In this document: positions 1 through 12,775 of the stretch, piece after piece | Numbering within the stretch: the first letter of the stretch is position 1 | Layout: each line of letters starts with the position of its first letter | Assembly: GCF_006345805.1 (NCBI RefSeq) | Contig: NC_043010.1 | Location: 48,422,001 to 48,486,000, forward strand | Reading direction: 5' to 3' | DNA length: 64,000 nucleotides | DNA from: Octopus sinensis | Taxonomy: Eukaryota | Notes under the pieces: generated by a model | What the model saw: the letters and a program-made list of their open reading frames with translations, nothing else | The model's database searches: none | What the model was told of the DNA's origin: nothing | Made by a program: the position numbers and the translations under genes

Positions 1-90
1 CCAATTTTACGCACATCGGCAAACAAACTGTATTCTGTTTAATAAGAAGAACTTTATTCTTCTCAGGCTGTGAATGACAGACTTGGTACT

Positions 91-135
91 TGTAGCTGAT
101 GAAGCAAAAAGATGTCGAAACACATGCATCCTATG
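91..135 (+). ncRNA. Degenerate hammerhead-like motif
   Basis: tgtag-CTGATGA-agc...gtc-GAAA-cacatgc-ATC-ctatg; stem III consistent with CpG-decayed ACGCATGCGT. Confidence 0.4.
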
Positions 136-880
136 ATCCAGTGACATTATTCACGGCCCAAAATGTGTTTTCACACATATCTAGGAGTAAAATTTTCTTC
201 TAGGACTGTTTCTCCAGTGGAAGGTCTTATCATGTCCGAATACTCTTGACTGTGTTAAATATGACTTTACCCATATATATTTTATTCAATGCTATATGTA
301 ACATTAATTACTTAGACTTATGTATCCCTGTTGTACAATTAATGAGTTTTGTCAATTAAAATATAGTGACTGGAATTTATATTTTTCCTTACATAGAAAG
401 ACCACATATTTTCATTCTTTCATTCTTTCCTTAAGTTCTTCATATCACTGACTTACTGAAAGTTTTTATGGACATATTACTATCCATGAGGTAATTAGGG
501 TGTCACTAAAGACCTATTGCTTATATATTGATTTAGCAGAAATAGTCAAAATGTTTTTTCCCTGTTATCTTTGTGTGTGTGAAAAAAAATTGAGCTCAGC
601 ATTAAAAATTGGTTCAGAAGCTCACTTTGAACCTAATTAGCTTGAGGTTCAGTCCCACTGTGTGGCACCTTGGGCTAGTGCCTTCTACTATAGTCCCAGG
701 CCAACCATTTACTAAACCTTGTTCAGAATAGACGGACAAAATGCATACTAATGATTCTGCCAGCTTGCCAGTTGACTAATAAATAAAACCAATGAGTGTG
801 TCATTTATTATTGGCATAATGACCCTTCTGAAATGCAACAATGTGGAAGCTTGGCTTGCTGTGTGTGTGTGTGTGTGTGC

Positions 881-1266
881 AGAGGCGCAATGGCCCAGTG
901 GTTAGGGCAGCGGACTCGCGGTCATAGGATCGCGGTTTCGATTCCCAGACCGGGCGTTGTGAGTGTTTATTGAGCGAAAACACCTAAAGCTCCACGAGGC
1001 TCCGGCAGGGGATGGTGGTGATCCCTGCTGTACTCTTTCACCACAACTTTCTCTCACTCTTACTTCCTGTTTCTGTTGTACCTGTATTTCAAAGGGCCGG
1101 CCTTGTCACTGTCTGTGTCACGCTGAATATCCCCGAGAACTACGTTAAGGGTACACGTGTCTGTGGAGTGCTCAGCCACTTACACGTTAATTTCACGAGC
1201 AGGCTGTTCCGTTGATTCGGATCAACCGGAACCCTCATCGTCGTAACCGACAGAGTGCTTCCACCA
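881..1266 (+). mobile_element. tRNA-derived SINE inserted in (GT)n
   Basis: A-box TGGCCCAGTGG and B-box GGTTTCGATTCCC; head shared with copies at 12473 and 32265, tail shared with the copy at 20749. Confidence 0.85.
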
Positions 1267-1399
1267 GTGTGTGTGTGTATTGGTAAGGAATGACCAAAAC
1301 TGGTGTGGTGAGCAAAATTACCTTATGATAGTTAGTTTTGACATTTTTACCAAAGAAGACTTGTCCTTTCATTCTTAGAAGATCAATAAAAGATGTATT

Positions 1400-1662
1400 A
1401 GACTTGTGGCACTCAATCAGTGTCCAGATGGCCCTTGCAGGGTCCACATAAGATTTCACTGTTGAAATTTATGTGCAATAAATTCCTTATACTTCTTCAA
1501 CACACAAAATATTTTAACAATTTTTTAATACAATTCCTAATAATATTTAATTTTCAAAATATAATGGGACTTTTTCTAAACAGTCAATGGCTTATGGAGG
1601 TCCAGTTGAGTAAAATGGAAACCAAAGGGGTCCACAGGCAAAAAAGTGGTTGAGGATCACTG
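1400..1662. mobile_element. hAT-like MITE; a second copy is split at 35107-35325 and 41863-41940
   Basis: End GGTTGAGGATCACTG (CAGTG-type TIR); internal sequence shared with the split copy starting CAGTGGTTCTCAAC at about 35107. Confidence 0.6.
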
Positions 1663-1841
1663 TATTAGACAAATTGCTAGGGTTGATATTATCAATTAAA
1701 ATCTATGAATGTTGTACCACAGCATTGCTGCATTCCCACATTCCAGTGATTGAAATTAGTAAAAGAATAAAAGAATAAAAGAATACTATAATTTTGTTTC
1801 TTTATCTCTCTTGCACTCTCTCTGTCTCTTCTTATTTCTAG

Positions 1842-1992
1842 GTTGGCTGCCCATATTTGTGGTTATCAGTGTTTTCAGATTGAACTTAGGCGTGGCTATG
1901 ATTATGTGGCTTTCCGTGATGATTTGAAAAAGTTATATGAGCTGGCTGGGTGCAAAAGTGAAAACATTGTCTTCTTATTTAACGATACCCAG
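1842..1992 (+). CDS. DNAH6: Axonemal dynein heavy chain (DNAH6-like), internal exon 1 of 14 in window; AAA4 region
   Basis: ctag|G acceptor, CAG|gtatgt donor; encodes (R)LAAHICGYQCFQIELRRGYDY...VFLFNDTQ, which follows the AAA4 P-loop in inner-arm DHCs; phase matches next exon. Confidence 0.9.
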
Positions 1993-2192
1993 GTATGTAT
2001 ATGTGTGTGTGCGTGTGTGAGTATATCATCATCATCATCATCATCATCAACATTAATGTCCATTTTCTATGCTGCTGTTGGTTGGACAGCTTGACAGGAA
2101 CTGCCAAGACCAGTGGCTGCACCAGGTTCCATACTCTATTTTGGGTTGGTTTATACAGCTGGATGCCCTTCCTCATGTCAACCACTTTACAA

Positions 2193-2223
<31 letters not shown>

Positions 2224-3064
2224 AGCATACATATACATACACACATATATATATATCTGTATATCATCATCATCATTGTTTAATGTCTGTTTTCCATGCA
2301 CAAACAAACAAAAAGGAACGCAGTGTAAATAACTGACAGAGTCAAGACTATTGAAAAGGTTGCAAGACGCAACGAAAATTTTAGGAAAATAAAAATAAGA
2401 AATAAGTGGAAATTTTACCAGTGAGTGTGTTACATTATAAGGCACAAAAAGAAAATGAGTCTCTCCAGACACAACAGAATGTACTTAGAAAGCCCTTCCT
2501 CATTTATTAAGACAATTAGAGAATTACACAAGAATAAGTTGGTTAAGTAAGCAAAATCACAGTTCCTTGCTATGGGTATGATATCACTATCCCAGAGGGC
2601 CTAAGTTTAATTTGAAGATAAATTTGATGTGAGAAGATATCTAAATGAAAAACAAAAGAGGAGCAGGGAACTGGTAGGTTTCCTGTTTTCTAGTCCGTAA
2701 GGTGTGATAGTCAAAAGATATCAAGCTCAAATGTCTAATTAAAAAAAACTAGGTCGAAAAGAAGTCAATGTGGTTAATTTGGCTCATATGACAAGTGTGT
2801 TACACACGTGTCTGTTTTTTTCTAGTACCCAATAGGAAAAGCAGATAAATTTATCCGGCATGCTGTTTGTTATATGTATCAGTAATGTGTCAGTGTTTTA
2901 TAACATCATTTTTAATTGCATTTATAATTTTCTTCTGAAACTTAGCTACATTTGTTCTTTTGATTTAAATCTCTTATTTCATGTGTGTATGTATTTTGTA
3001 TGTTTGTGCATGTGTGCACATTTACTTCATTAATACATGTATGCATTTACTTCACTAATACATG

Positions 3065-3115
<51 letters not shown>

Positions 3116-3188
3116 ATATATATATATATGTATACACACACACATGCACACATACATCAGACACAGACTAGTATACATGTATACACAG

Positions 3189-3223
<35 letters not shown>

Positions 3224-3320
3224 TGCACATATCTTTTAGTTCTTCCTTAGGAATTTAATTAGGCAACCGTGTTTGTATAAAAATTTATTAATTATAGCTT
3301 TAATCATTTGTTAAAATTAG

Positions 3321-3502
3321 ATTGTGATGGAAGAATTTCTGGAGGACATAAATAATATGTTAAATTCTGGAGAAGTTCCAAACCTTCTGGAAGCAGAAGA
3401 TAATGAAAAACTGATTAACGCCTGTCGACCCGCTGCCAAAGACGTTGGTATTCCAGAACAGAACAGAGATTTAGTACTTAACTATGCTATTAATTTAGTC
3501 CG
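3321..3502 (+). CDS. DNAH6: DNAH6-like exon 2 (AAA4)
   Basis: ttag|ATT ... CG|gtgaga; IVMEEFLEDINNMLNSGEVPNL hallmark DHC motif. Confidence 0.93.
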
Positions 3503-3834
3503 GTGAGATTTCGTTCAATAATTCATATTTCATTCTTGAAAATAATAGACAAAAATACTCGGATTTAATAACCCTTCCATTTAATTATTAATATGGTTAT
3601 GTGTATGTTAACTGCAGCAATTGAAGACTATGTTAAACAGCAATTGAAGACTATGTTAAACAATAAACCAGGTGAAAAGATTGCATTTGTGGCTGTGTGG
3701 TAAGAAGCTTGCTTCCCAACTACATGGTTTCAGGTTCAGTCCTACTGCATTGCATCTTGGGAAAGTGTCTTCTGCTATAGTCTTGGGCCTTGTAAGATGA
3801 TTTTGGAAACAGAAACTGAAAGAAGCCTATCATG

Positions 3835-3904
<70 letters not shown>

Positions 3905-3909
<5 letters not shown>

Positions 3910-4246
3910 GGAAATGAAGAAAATGCTGACAAAATAATTTAAGTAAGGGAGAGTGTATTTAATTAGGTGAAAGTTCTTTTTACCGGTTGCACATTTGTTA
4001 TGCTTATCAAAAGATATTTTTTTAAGAGAGATAGAGTTTCTTTCTGATAGATAAGAGAAAAAAATCTATCAGAAAGGAACTCTATCTCTCTTAAAAAATA
4101 TCTTTTGATAAGCATAACAAATGCGCAACCGGTAAAAAGAACTTTCATCTAATTAAATACACTCTCCCTTACTTAAATTATTTTGTCAGCATTTTCTTCA
4201 TTTCCTTTTTTTATATATCACAACTCGTGTTCCACATCTCCTTTTT

Positions 4247-4285
<39 letters not shown>

Positions 4286-4621
4286 GAAATGAAGAAAATG
4301 CTGACAAAATAATTTAAGTAAGGGAGAGTGTATTTAATTAGGTGAAAGTTCTTTTTACCGGTTGCACATTTGTTATGCTTATCAAAAGATATTTTTTTAA
4401 GAGAGATAGAGTTTCTTTCTGATAGATAAGAGAAAAAAATCTATCAGAAAGGAACTCTATCTCTCTTAAAAAATATCTTTTGATAAGCATAACAAATGCG
4501 CAACCAGTAAAAAGAACTTTCATCTAATTAAATACACTCTCCCTTACTTAAATTATTTTGTCAGCATTTTCTTCATTTCCTTTTTTTATATATCACAACT
4601 CGTGTTCCACATCTCCTTTTT

Positions 4622-4625
<4 letters not shown>
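3905..4625. repeat. Two tandem copies (period 375 bp) of an about 305-bp fold-back plus 40-bp tail, in (TA)n
   Basis: Arms 3905-4052 and 4064-4210, 11-nt loop; second copy from 4282. Confidence 0.92.
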
Positions 4626-4660
<35 letters not shown>

Positions 4661-5253
4661 GTGTGTGTGTATCTTTGAGTCTGTGTTTGTTTTCCACTAT
4701 TGTTGGTGTGCTTATGTGCTCATAACTTAGAGGTTCAGCAAAAGAGATCAATAGGATAAGTAACAGGCTTGAGAAAAAAAATGTTCTGGGGCCAATTTAT
4801 TTGACTAAAAATTCTCCAAGGCAGTGCACCAGCATGGCCACAATCAAATGACTGAAACAACTAAAAGATGAAAAATAAATGCTCTAATGGTTCTACCAAC
4901 TCATGTTGCTATTATGATTTCTGATTTCGGTACAAGGCCTGCAAGTTTGAGTGGGAGGGTTTGGTCAATATCAACAACTCCAGTACTTGACTGGTTTACT
5001 TTGTTTTATTGATCTTGAAGGCAGAGCTATCTTAGCTGCATTATGAGACCTGAAGCAAATCATTACACTGAGCCCTATAATGTTTATTTATTGACAACAA
5101 GCCCTGGCATACTTAGATCAGAATTTGGCCCCTGTACCCAAGAGGACCCCAGGCAACAGTCCAGTGCACCTTTACCTGAAGAGTTGGAAGGCAAAGATAA
5201 CCCTAACAGGATTTGAAGTCAGGAGTGAATAATTATTGATGTATATGCTTAAT

Positions 5254-5288
<35 letters not shown>

Positions 5289-5291
<3 letters not shown>

Positions 5292-6185
5292 GTGGTGAGT
5301 GAGCAGAACCATTAGCATGCCAGGTAAAATGCCTAGTGGAATTTTGTCCTGCTTTACATTCGGAGTTCAAATTCTGCCAAGGATGACTTTACCTTTCATC
5401 CTTTTGAGATTGATAAAATATATACCAGTTGAATATTGGGTTCAATGTAATTGACTCAACCCACTTCCCTTGAAGTTGCAGGCCTTGTGCTAAAATCTGA
5501 AACCGGTCTATATATATATATATTTGTTTTGTTTTTTAAGATAGTGAGTAGCAGAACTATTAGCACACGAAAGGCGGCGACTGGCAGAAACGTTAGCACG
5601 CCGGGCAAAATGCTTCATGGTATTTCGTTTGTTGTTACTTTCTGAGTTCAAATTCTGCCAAGGTCAACTTTGCCTTTCATCTTTTGGGGTCGATAAATTA
5701 AGTACCAATTATGCACTGGAGTCAATGTAATCGACTTAATCCCTTTGTCTGTCCTTGTTTGTCCTCTCTGTGTTTAGCCCCTTGTGGGTAGTAAAGAAAT
5801 AGGTATTTTGTCTGCCGTTGCGTTCTGAGTTCAAATTCCGCCGATGTCAACTTTGCCTGTCATCCTTTTGGGGTTGATAAATTAAGTACCAGTTATGCAC
5901 TGGAGTCAATGTAATCGACTTAATCCCTTTGTCTGTTCTTGTTTGTCCCCTCTATGTTTAGCCCTTTGTGGGCAATGAAGAAATAAGAACTATTAGCACA
6001 CCAAGCAAAATACTCAGTGGCATTTCATCTGTCCTTAATGTTCTGGGTTCAAATTTCACTGAAGTCGATTTTGCCTTTCATCCTTTTGGGGACAGTGAAA
6101 CACATACCTGTTACACACTGGGGTCGATGTAACTGACTAGCCCCCTCTCACCAAATTTCAGGCCTTGTGCTTATTATAGTAAGGA
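5289..6185 (+). mobile_element. Cluster of nested/tandem copies of a third SINE-like family (also about 25222-25365, 28657-29110, 53450-55505, 63315-63930)
   Basis: Recurrent TTCTGAGTTCAAATTCCGCCGAGGTCGACTTTGCCTTTCATCCTTTCGGGGTCGATAAATTAAGTACCAG motif with B-box-like GAGTTCAAAT. Confidence 0.8.
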
Positions 6186-6231
6186 ATATTTTTGTATTGT
6201 ATGTATTTTTTTTTTATTTCCATCATAACAG

Positions 6232-6418
6232 GAAAAACCTCCATATTGTACTCTGCATGAGTCCGGTCGGAACAGCTTTTAGATCACGATGCCGCATGTT
6301 TCCATCTCTAGTGAACTGTTGCTCCATTGACTGGTTCACTGAATGGCCTGAAGAAGCTTTATATTCTGTGGCTGAACTTTTTTTCGAAGAGGCAGATTCA
6401 TCTGTACAAAGCATGAGT
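6232..6418 (+). CDS. DNAH6: DNAH6-like exon 3 (AAA4)
   Basis: acag|G ... AGT|gtaggt; KNLHIVLCMSPVGTAFRSRCRMFPSLVNCCSIDWFTEWPEEAL. Confidence 0.92.
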
Positions 6419-6449
6419 GTAGGTCTTTTTTTCTTTTTTTTTCTTTTTA

Positions 6450-6757
6450 ACAATTGCAGCGTGGAAGGTGTTTATAAGCCATTTAAGAAACACACAAAAA
6501 CCGTTAGATTCACTTCAACATTTAAATTTAATTTGTCAAATTATTTTCGTCACTTTCAGACCACGACCTGTTCACTGACAAAATTCTGTGCTGCATCATG
6601 TTTCCAAAGGATACAGCATGGAATTTTGTCAGTGAACAGGTCACTGTCTCAAAGCGATGAAAATAATTTGACAAATTCAATTTAAATGTTGAAGTGAATC
6701 TAACGGTTTTTGTGTGTTTCTGAAATGGCTTATAAACACCTTCCACGCTGCAATTGT
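6450..6757. repeat. Long inverted repeat (about 145-bp arms) just 3' of exon 3
   Basis: ACAATTGCAGCGTGGAAGG... / ...CCTTCCACGCTGCAATTGT. Confidence 0.92.
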
Positions 6758-6940
6758 TTTCGTTCCAGCACACAATCTCAGATCAGGTTACTTGCTATGC
6801 AAGTACATCTCCGTAATTCTTTTTAACATTTCATGCAAAACCAATTCTTTGTCCAAATTTTGTCCATTTTTTTTTGTATATGACAGTCATGAAATTCATT
6901 GTAAAATGTAAATTATAAGATCGCTTCTATAAAAAAAATA

Positions 6941-7068
6941 TTGGCGATCTTTCGTTTTGACTTGAAATAATGTAAGCAATGAATTCGGTGGTTTCCATGA
7001 CCACATGTTGTCTTGTCAATTGTCAGTTGGGAAGAGAAAGCTAATGGGTTGTGCATGCGTGCTTGTTC

Positions 7069-7102
<34 letters not shown>

Positions 7103-7369
7103 ATGTTTGTTCCTCTGTGTGTTATTACTACATTCCACAACTTATAAATACATAAAAACAGAACAGACACACACATACACAGAAAAACAAGCACACACAC
7201 ACACACACACACACCACACACACATGCATGCAAGCATGCACACAAACACGAATAAGTGCACACACACAACCCGTTTCTCTTCCCAAATGACAGTTGACCA
7301 GACACGTGGTCACGAAAACCACCGAATTCATTGTTTACATTATTTCGAGTCAAAACGAAAGATCGCCAA
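6941..7369. mobile_element. MITE-like element with about 130-bp terminal inverted repeats and (GT)n/(AC)n interior
   Basis: TTGGCGATCTTTCGTTTTGACT... / ...AGTCAAAACGAAAGATCGCCAA. Confidence 0.75.
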
Positions 7370-8450
7370 AATATTTTAAACAAATACTTCCAATAGAGTG
7401 GTGGTTAGTTCATGTTATTCTCTAAGGAGCATAGGGTCAATTTTCTCAGCTTCTCTTGCTATACATTCCTCCCTGGACAGGACCCTGGCCTGTTGCAGGA
7501 TTACTCATTCTTACAAGCTGAGTGGACTGGAGCAACATGAAATGAAGTGTTTTGCTCAAGAACATAATGCATCTTCTGGTCCAGGAATTGAAACCACAAT
7601 CTTACGATCATGAGTCCAACACCCTAACCACTGAGCCATGTGCCTCCACTCTCAATAGGTTAGTTTCCCTGAATATCACCAGCATCATTAGCCCCCAACC
7701 TCTTCCTCCCTTCTTCCTCTCTTCTTCCTCTCGTCTTCTTCCTCTCATCCTCCTAGTCCTCTCCCTCATGCAAACAGTGTCCTTTGTTTTTAATCTTCTC
7801 AGACATGCTTGGCCATGGGAAATATATCTTTATCTGGAAACTGGTGAGAGTTGGTAACAGAAGGACCAGCTGGTTGTTGAAAATCTGCCTCAAAACATTA
7901 TCTGACTCATGCGAGCATTAAATAATAATGATGATGATATATGTATATAGGCACAGGCATGGTTTTGTAGTAAGAAGCTTGCTTCCAAATCATGTGGTTC
8001 CGGGTTCAGTCTCACTGTGTGGCACCTCGGGTAAGTATCGTCCACTATAACTTCAGGCTGACCAAAGCCTTGTGAGTAGATCTGGTAGATGAAAACTGAA
8101 AGAAGCCTGTCGTATATATATATTTGTTAATTGTGTCTGTGTTTGTCTCCCACCATCGCTTGACAACTGATGTTGGGGTGTTTATGTCTCCATCACCTAG
8201 TGGTTTGGCAAAAAGAGACCAATAGAATAAGTACTAGGCTTACAAATAATAAGTCCTGGGGTCGAATTGTTTGACTAAAGATGGTGCTCCAGTATGACCA
8301 TAGTCAAATGACTGAAACAAGTAAAAGAATAAAAGAATAAAAGAATATATATATATAGTTAATCCAAACATGAAAATACAAAGATAAAACACAACAACGC
8401 AAGGACGTGGAACAAGTATAGTATTATTGGACGCTCAGGAAAGAAGGAGG

Positions 8451-8485
8451 GTTTAACGTTTTGAGCAGAGCTCTTTGTCAGAAAC
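8451..8485 (-). ncRNA. CpG-decayed minimal hammerhead-like motif
   Basis: Minus strand gttt-CTGACAA-agagc(tct)gctc-AAAA-cgtta-aac, consistent with ancestral CTGACGA...CGAAACG. Confidence 0.5.
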
Positions 8486-8551
8486 ATAGGAAAAGAAAAG
8501 ACCCAAAGAAGGGAAGACAGAGGAAAAAAATTGCCAACGGTACACACGTGG

Positions 8552-8600
<49 letters not shown>

Positions 8601-9118
8601 ATCAAAATAAGCAACAAGGATATCCAAAGGTAGTGTAGTACAATCGTTTCATGCTACTTCATTTAATTAAACAATGTAAGTATTACATCAGTTTTAAAAT
8701 GTAGAGCAATCTTCAGCCACATATGGAATTTTTAATTAAATTGACAATGTTCATTTTTATACTTATTCCATTTGCCAAAATTACAAAGAGGGTAGGTATA
8801 TAGACATAGTCCGCTGCTCTAACCACTAGGCCACGTGCCTCCACTGGGTGTGTGTGACTCGGTACCTTAAGCAAAAAGCTATCTTTCCTCTTATATAACT
8901 TTCCAATTGTTTAAAATGGATGCCTGTTTTCTTCTGTCAATTTGTGAAATTTAGTGTAGTACACTTAATAATGCTGGGAGTGGTCTTTAGCTTAGGAAGT
9001 AGATTATGGGGAGTATTTTTCATAAATATATTTTTACTCTACTAAATAGTGAATGCTGCAGCTACTGTATAAATACACACATTTGTACATATATACATAC
9101 ATACATATCTGTATATAG

Positions 9119-9150
<32 letters not shown>

Positions 9151-9950
9151 CATACAAACATACACATGTACACCCAAACTCACACTTATAGACACTCACA
9201 AATGTGTACATACATACACATACGCATACACACACACACAATACAGATGGCAATTTTAGGTATTTGAAATCAATAAATTACAAATTATCTCTTGCAGCAG
9301 TAAATGAATTCCAAATATTCTTTTTACCTCTGAATAATAAACCTTTCTAGATATCACTTAACTTGAGACAGATGATGGGAACCAGACATTTCAATGCCAC
9401 ATGGCTTCCACTTATAGGGTTATATTCATTTGATAATTAGGCAAGGGGGACTGAAGCATCTTGCTGAAAGATGCATTATTGCTGAATTCAATATACCAAA
9501 AGAATTGCATTAAGGTCAGTTGAGCAATATAGAAACTGTTAATTTATTTTGTGTGTGTTTTGTGGTCTTCTGTATTGAGTGGCCTAATGTTTTGGATGTT
9601 GCACTCATGGTCAAAAAAGTTTTGTTTTGCTTCCTAAACCAGGTTGTTTGTTGTATTCTTGAACATAACACTTTATTTCACTCAGCAGTAAATGACTTTC
9701 ACATATATATGCATACACACACACACACTCATATATACATATATATATATATTTTCTATTCCTGAGCGTTATACTAATACATCTGTTTGTTTTGTACACC
9801 ACCTGTCTTCGTCTTGTTTTTTTCTGAACTCTCCCCGATGATGATGATGATGATATATATATAAAATTAATTAAGGGTAGAAATTGATATTAGTCAATTA
9901 AAACCAGTGGTCTAGCATATTAAAAAGAATCCGAAGATTAAGATATCTAT

Positions 9951-10122
9951 ATATACCAATTAAGTACTGGACACGAAAAGTGGACAGTCAACATGCTAGA
10001 TATAGATGTCAAATCGCCATTCTCCACAAAGAGAACATACTCTTTGTGGAGAATGGCGATTTGACGTCTATATCTAGCATGTTGACTGTCCACTTTTCGT
10101 GTCCAGTCCTTAATTGGTATAT
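9951..10122. repeat. Near-perfect hairpin (83-bp arms, 6-nt loop AACATA) in (TA)n
   Basis: ATATACCAATTAAG...CAAAGAG-AACATA-CTCTTTG...CTTAATTGGTATAT. Confidence 0.93.
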
Positions 10123-10133
10123 ATATATATATA

Positions 10134-10181
<48 letters not shown>

Positions 10182-10211
10182 CATACATACATACATACAT
10201 ACATACATACA

Positions 10212-10607
10212 AAGGACAAATTTTGTTGTCTAAGGAGAGTCATTATGCCAATGTAATTAACACATACACTGGTTCATTTCCAATCCTTTATTATTAGACA
10301 ATTGGTTAAAAATCAAACAAACGAATCGATTATTTAATTTCTTTCGTTTTTGTTAGTCAGAGCTCTTTCTTGAAAAGGCTGCAAGTAGTATATGACAAAC
10401 AAAAACAAAAGAAATTAAATAATTGACTTGTTAGTTAGATATTTAACCAATAGTCTAATGATAAAGGAGTGGAAATGAACCTGTGTATGTGTTAATTTTA
10501 TTGGCGTAATGACTCTCCCTAGACAAAACAAAGTTCCTTTCAACACATGAATTCACACAAAGAATCTTGCAAACCAGATACAAAAACGAAGTATAAGGAA
10601 CAGGCCA

Positions 10608-10610
<3 letters not shown>
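10212..10610. mobile_element. Fold-back element (about 140-bp arms plus tail), Penelope-like; related to 2325-2485 and 54141-54360
   Basis: Arms 10212-10352 and 10397-10540; shared tail TCAACACATGAA(T/C)TCACA(C/T)AAAGAATCTTGCAAACC. Confidence 0.65.
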
Positions 10611-10641
<31 letters not shown>

Positions 10642-10750
10642 ATTAGTGGCTTGTCCTTCAAATCTGAGGATTGATTTCTTCTGGAAGAATATTTGGCCCA
10701 TTAGCCAGTGTTGAATCTGACTAATAAGGCCAGTCTTTCTATAGAGCACA

Positions 10751-10801
<51 letters not shown>

Positions 10802-11141
10802 AATAATATATATATATATACACATAAATAATACAATGTAATATATTATTTAAAACAGTTGACTTCAAGTTTCATAGACCCCTAACAGAAACTCCTCTTT
10901 TTAGGCTTAGATTATCGAATGGCCTGAAAAACTTTGGAGCTGAATCAAACTGTTTTAAATAATACAAGTAACTCCTACTAAATGGATTGAGTGCCTTTAT
11001 TCCTTCATGCGATTGGCTTGAAAAATTATTATGATATAAACTTTTTTTCTTAACAAGAAACCAATGGTAGCTTTAATATATGAATAAAAAAAATCTATCC
11101 ACCAATGTAGTGTTGAGCACTCATTCTCATTGTTCAAGATT

Positions 11142-11175
<34 letters not shown>

Positions 11176-11354
11176 CAAGAGTTAAGAAATAGAGATGATA
11201 AGATCTGGGCTACATATATTTCATAGCAAATGGGGCCTTGGAAGTGATAGATATCCAAGCAAGGTGTGAAAGTTTACATTCTCACGGGGATCGATTCTTC
11301 CATGTATTAACCTCCTTGCAATAATGTAAACTTTCATTCAATCAAGTTAACTTT

Positions 11355-11438
11355 GGCCTGACGAGTAGCCTGCATTATACACCTCACTTGAATATTTACC
11401 ACTTCCAAGGTTCTGATCACTATGAAACATACGTAGCC
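11355..11438 (+). ncRNA. Type I hammerhead-like motif inside a fold-back element (about 11177-11470)
   Basis: ggc-CTGACGA-gtag...ctat-GAAA-catacg-TA-gcc; inverted partial copy at about 11197-11227. Confidence 0.65.
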
Positions 11439-11725
11439 TGGATCTTATCTGCTCCATTCCTTAACTTGTGTATTCTCATTTGCGTATCTGGCAACCTTAG
11501 CCACCCACCATGAAATATAGAAAGAACTTTTTACAGTTTATCGTACTTCAATACAAAAAAAACCCACATCCTTCCATCTCAATAAACCACTATGATCCCT
11601 GAAAGTTGTTTTTTATATCTATTTTGGATTGCGTGAAGCTAACTTTTTTCCTACGCCTCAATCCTTGGATTTTATGTTTGTGTGTGTGTTTAAATTAATC
11701 ATGATTTTCCTTTTATTAAATATAG

Positions 11726-11880
11726 GCGCAACTTGCTTCTGTTTGCGTGACCATGCATATTAGTACAAGGAAAATATCTGAAGACTTCTATAATGCCTTG
11801 AAACGCCGTTACTATATTACACCCACCAGCTACTTGGAGCTTATTAATCTCTACGAAACTATGCTGACTTCCAAAAGCAA
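11726..11880 (+). CDS. DNAH6: DNAH6-like exon 4 (AAA4 lid); absent from ORF track
   Basis: atag|GCG ... AA|gtaagc; AQLASVCVTMH...LKRRYYITPTSYLELINLY. Confidence 0.92.
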
Positions 11881-12472
11881 GTAAGCACCACAGGTCTTAT
11901 CTTTTGTATTTTTAATATAGTTCCCTCATTGGATTGCAGCCAGGCTCGGGCACTGACTTGAAGGGTTTTAGTTAGAAGAAATTGGCTATAATACTTGTGT
12001 TTTAAGTCTGGTAGTTATTCTGTCTGTCCCTTTCACTGTACTGCTACGTTATGGGGATGTAAACAAAACATCACTGGATGTCAAATGGTGATGGTGGGAA
12101 TAAACAGAAAGACAAACTGACACAGACAGACAGACAGAAATATGGTAACAAAAGGGTTAATGGACAGGAACAATGAGAAGTGAAGTGTTTTGCTTAAGAA
12201 CACAATGCATTACCTAGTCCAGGAACCAAAACCACAATCTTACAATCATGAATTCAACAGCCTAACCACTGAGCCATGCATCTCCACTCTGATGTGTTAT
12301 ACAAAATGACTGCTGGAAAGAGGAGTGATGGACATGTTGAGCAGGAATGCAACTAACTGACTCCAGGGTGCAGAGATTGTTGTTGAAAAATGTCTTGTAG
12401 CCATTAACGAACTTTTGGAACATCGCATAAATTTTTTCATATAATCTGTAAAAGTCTTGTGAATCCATCCTG

Positions 12473-12775
12473 TTGTTGTTTGTTCCTTCTCAAGCCATGC
12501 CTAGCTCATAGGGCCGGTTTCCTGGTTTCCTTGGCGTATAGGTTCCCCACCTGAATGGGACACTAGTCCGTTGCAGGTGAGCTGCAAGATGCAGGAGGAA
12601 AGAGTGAGAGAAAGTTTGGCAAAAGAGTCAGCAGAAATTCACCATTACCTTCTGCCAGAGGCGTGTGGAGCTTAGCTGTTTGCTCATAAACACACACATC
12701 GCTCGGTCTGAGATTCGAGCCCATGATCCTTCGACTGCGAGTCTGCTGCTCTAACCACTAGGCTATGTGCCTCCA
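12473..12775 (-). mobile_element. tRNA-derived SINE with 13-bp TSD
   Basis: tRNA-like head on minus strand, (CAA)n-like tail; TGAATCCATCCTG at 12460-12472 and 12776-12788. Confidence 0.85.

Noticed and set aside
881-960. tRNA gene
   Set aside because: Has A and B boxes but runs straight into a repeated SINE body with no terminator; a SINE head, as are the other tRNA-like stretches
3963-4523. Duplicated 61-aa ORF as a small-protein gene pair
   Set aside because: Chance ORF across a palindromic repeat, duplicated with the repeat
6600-6700. SECIS or hammerhead within the 6450 fold-back
   Set aside because: No convincing UGA/GA quartet helix or CUGANGA/GAAA core could be built
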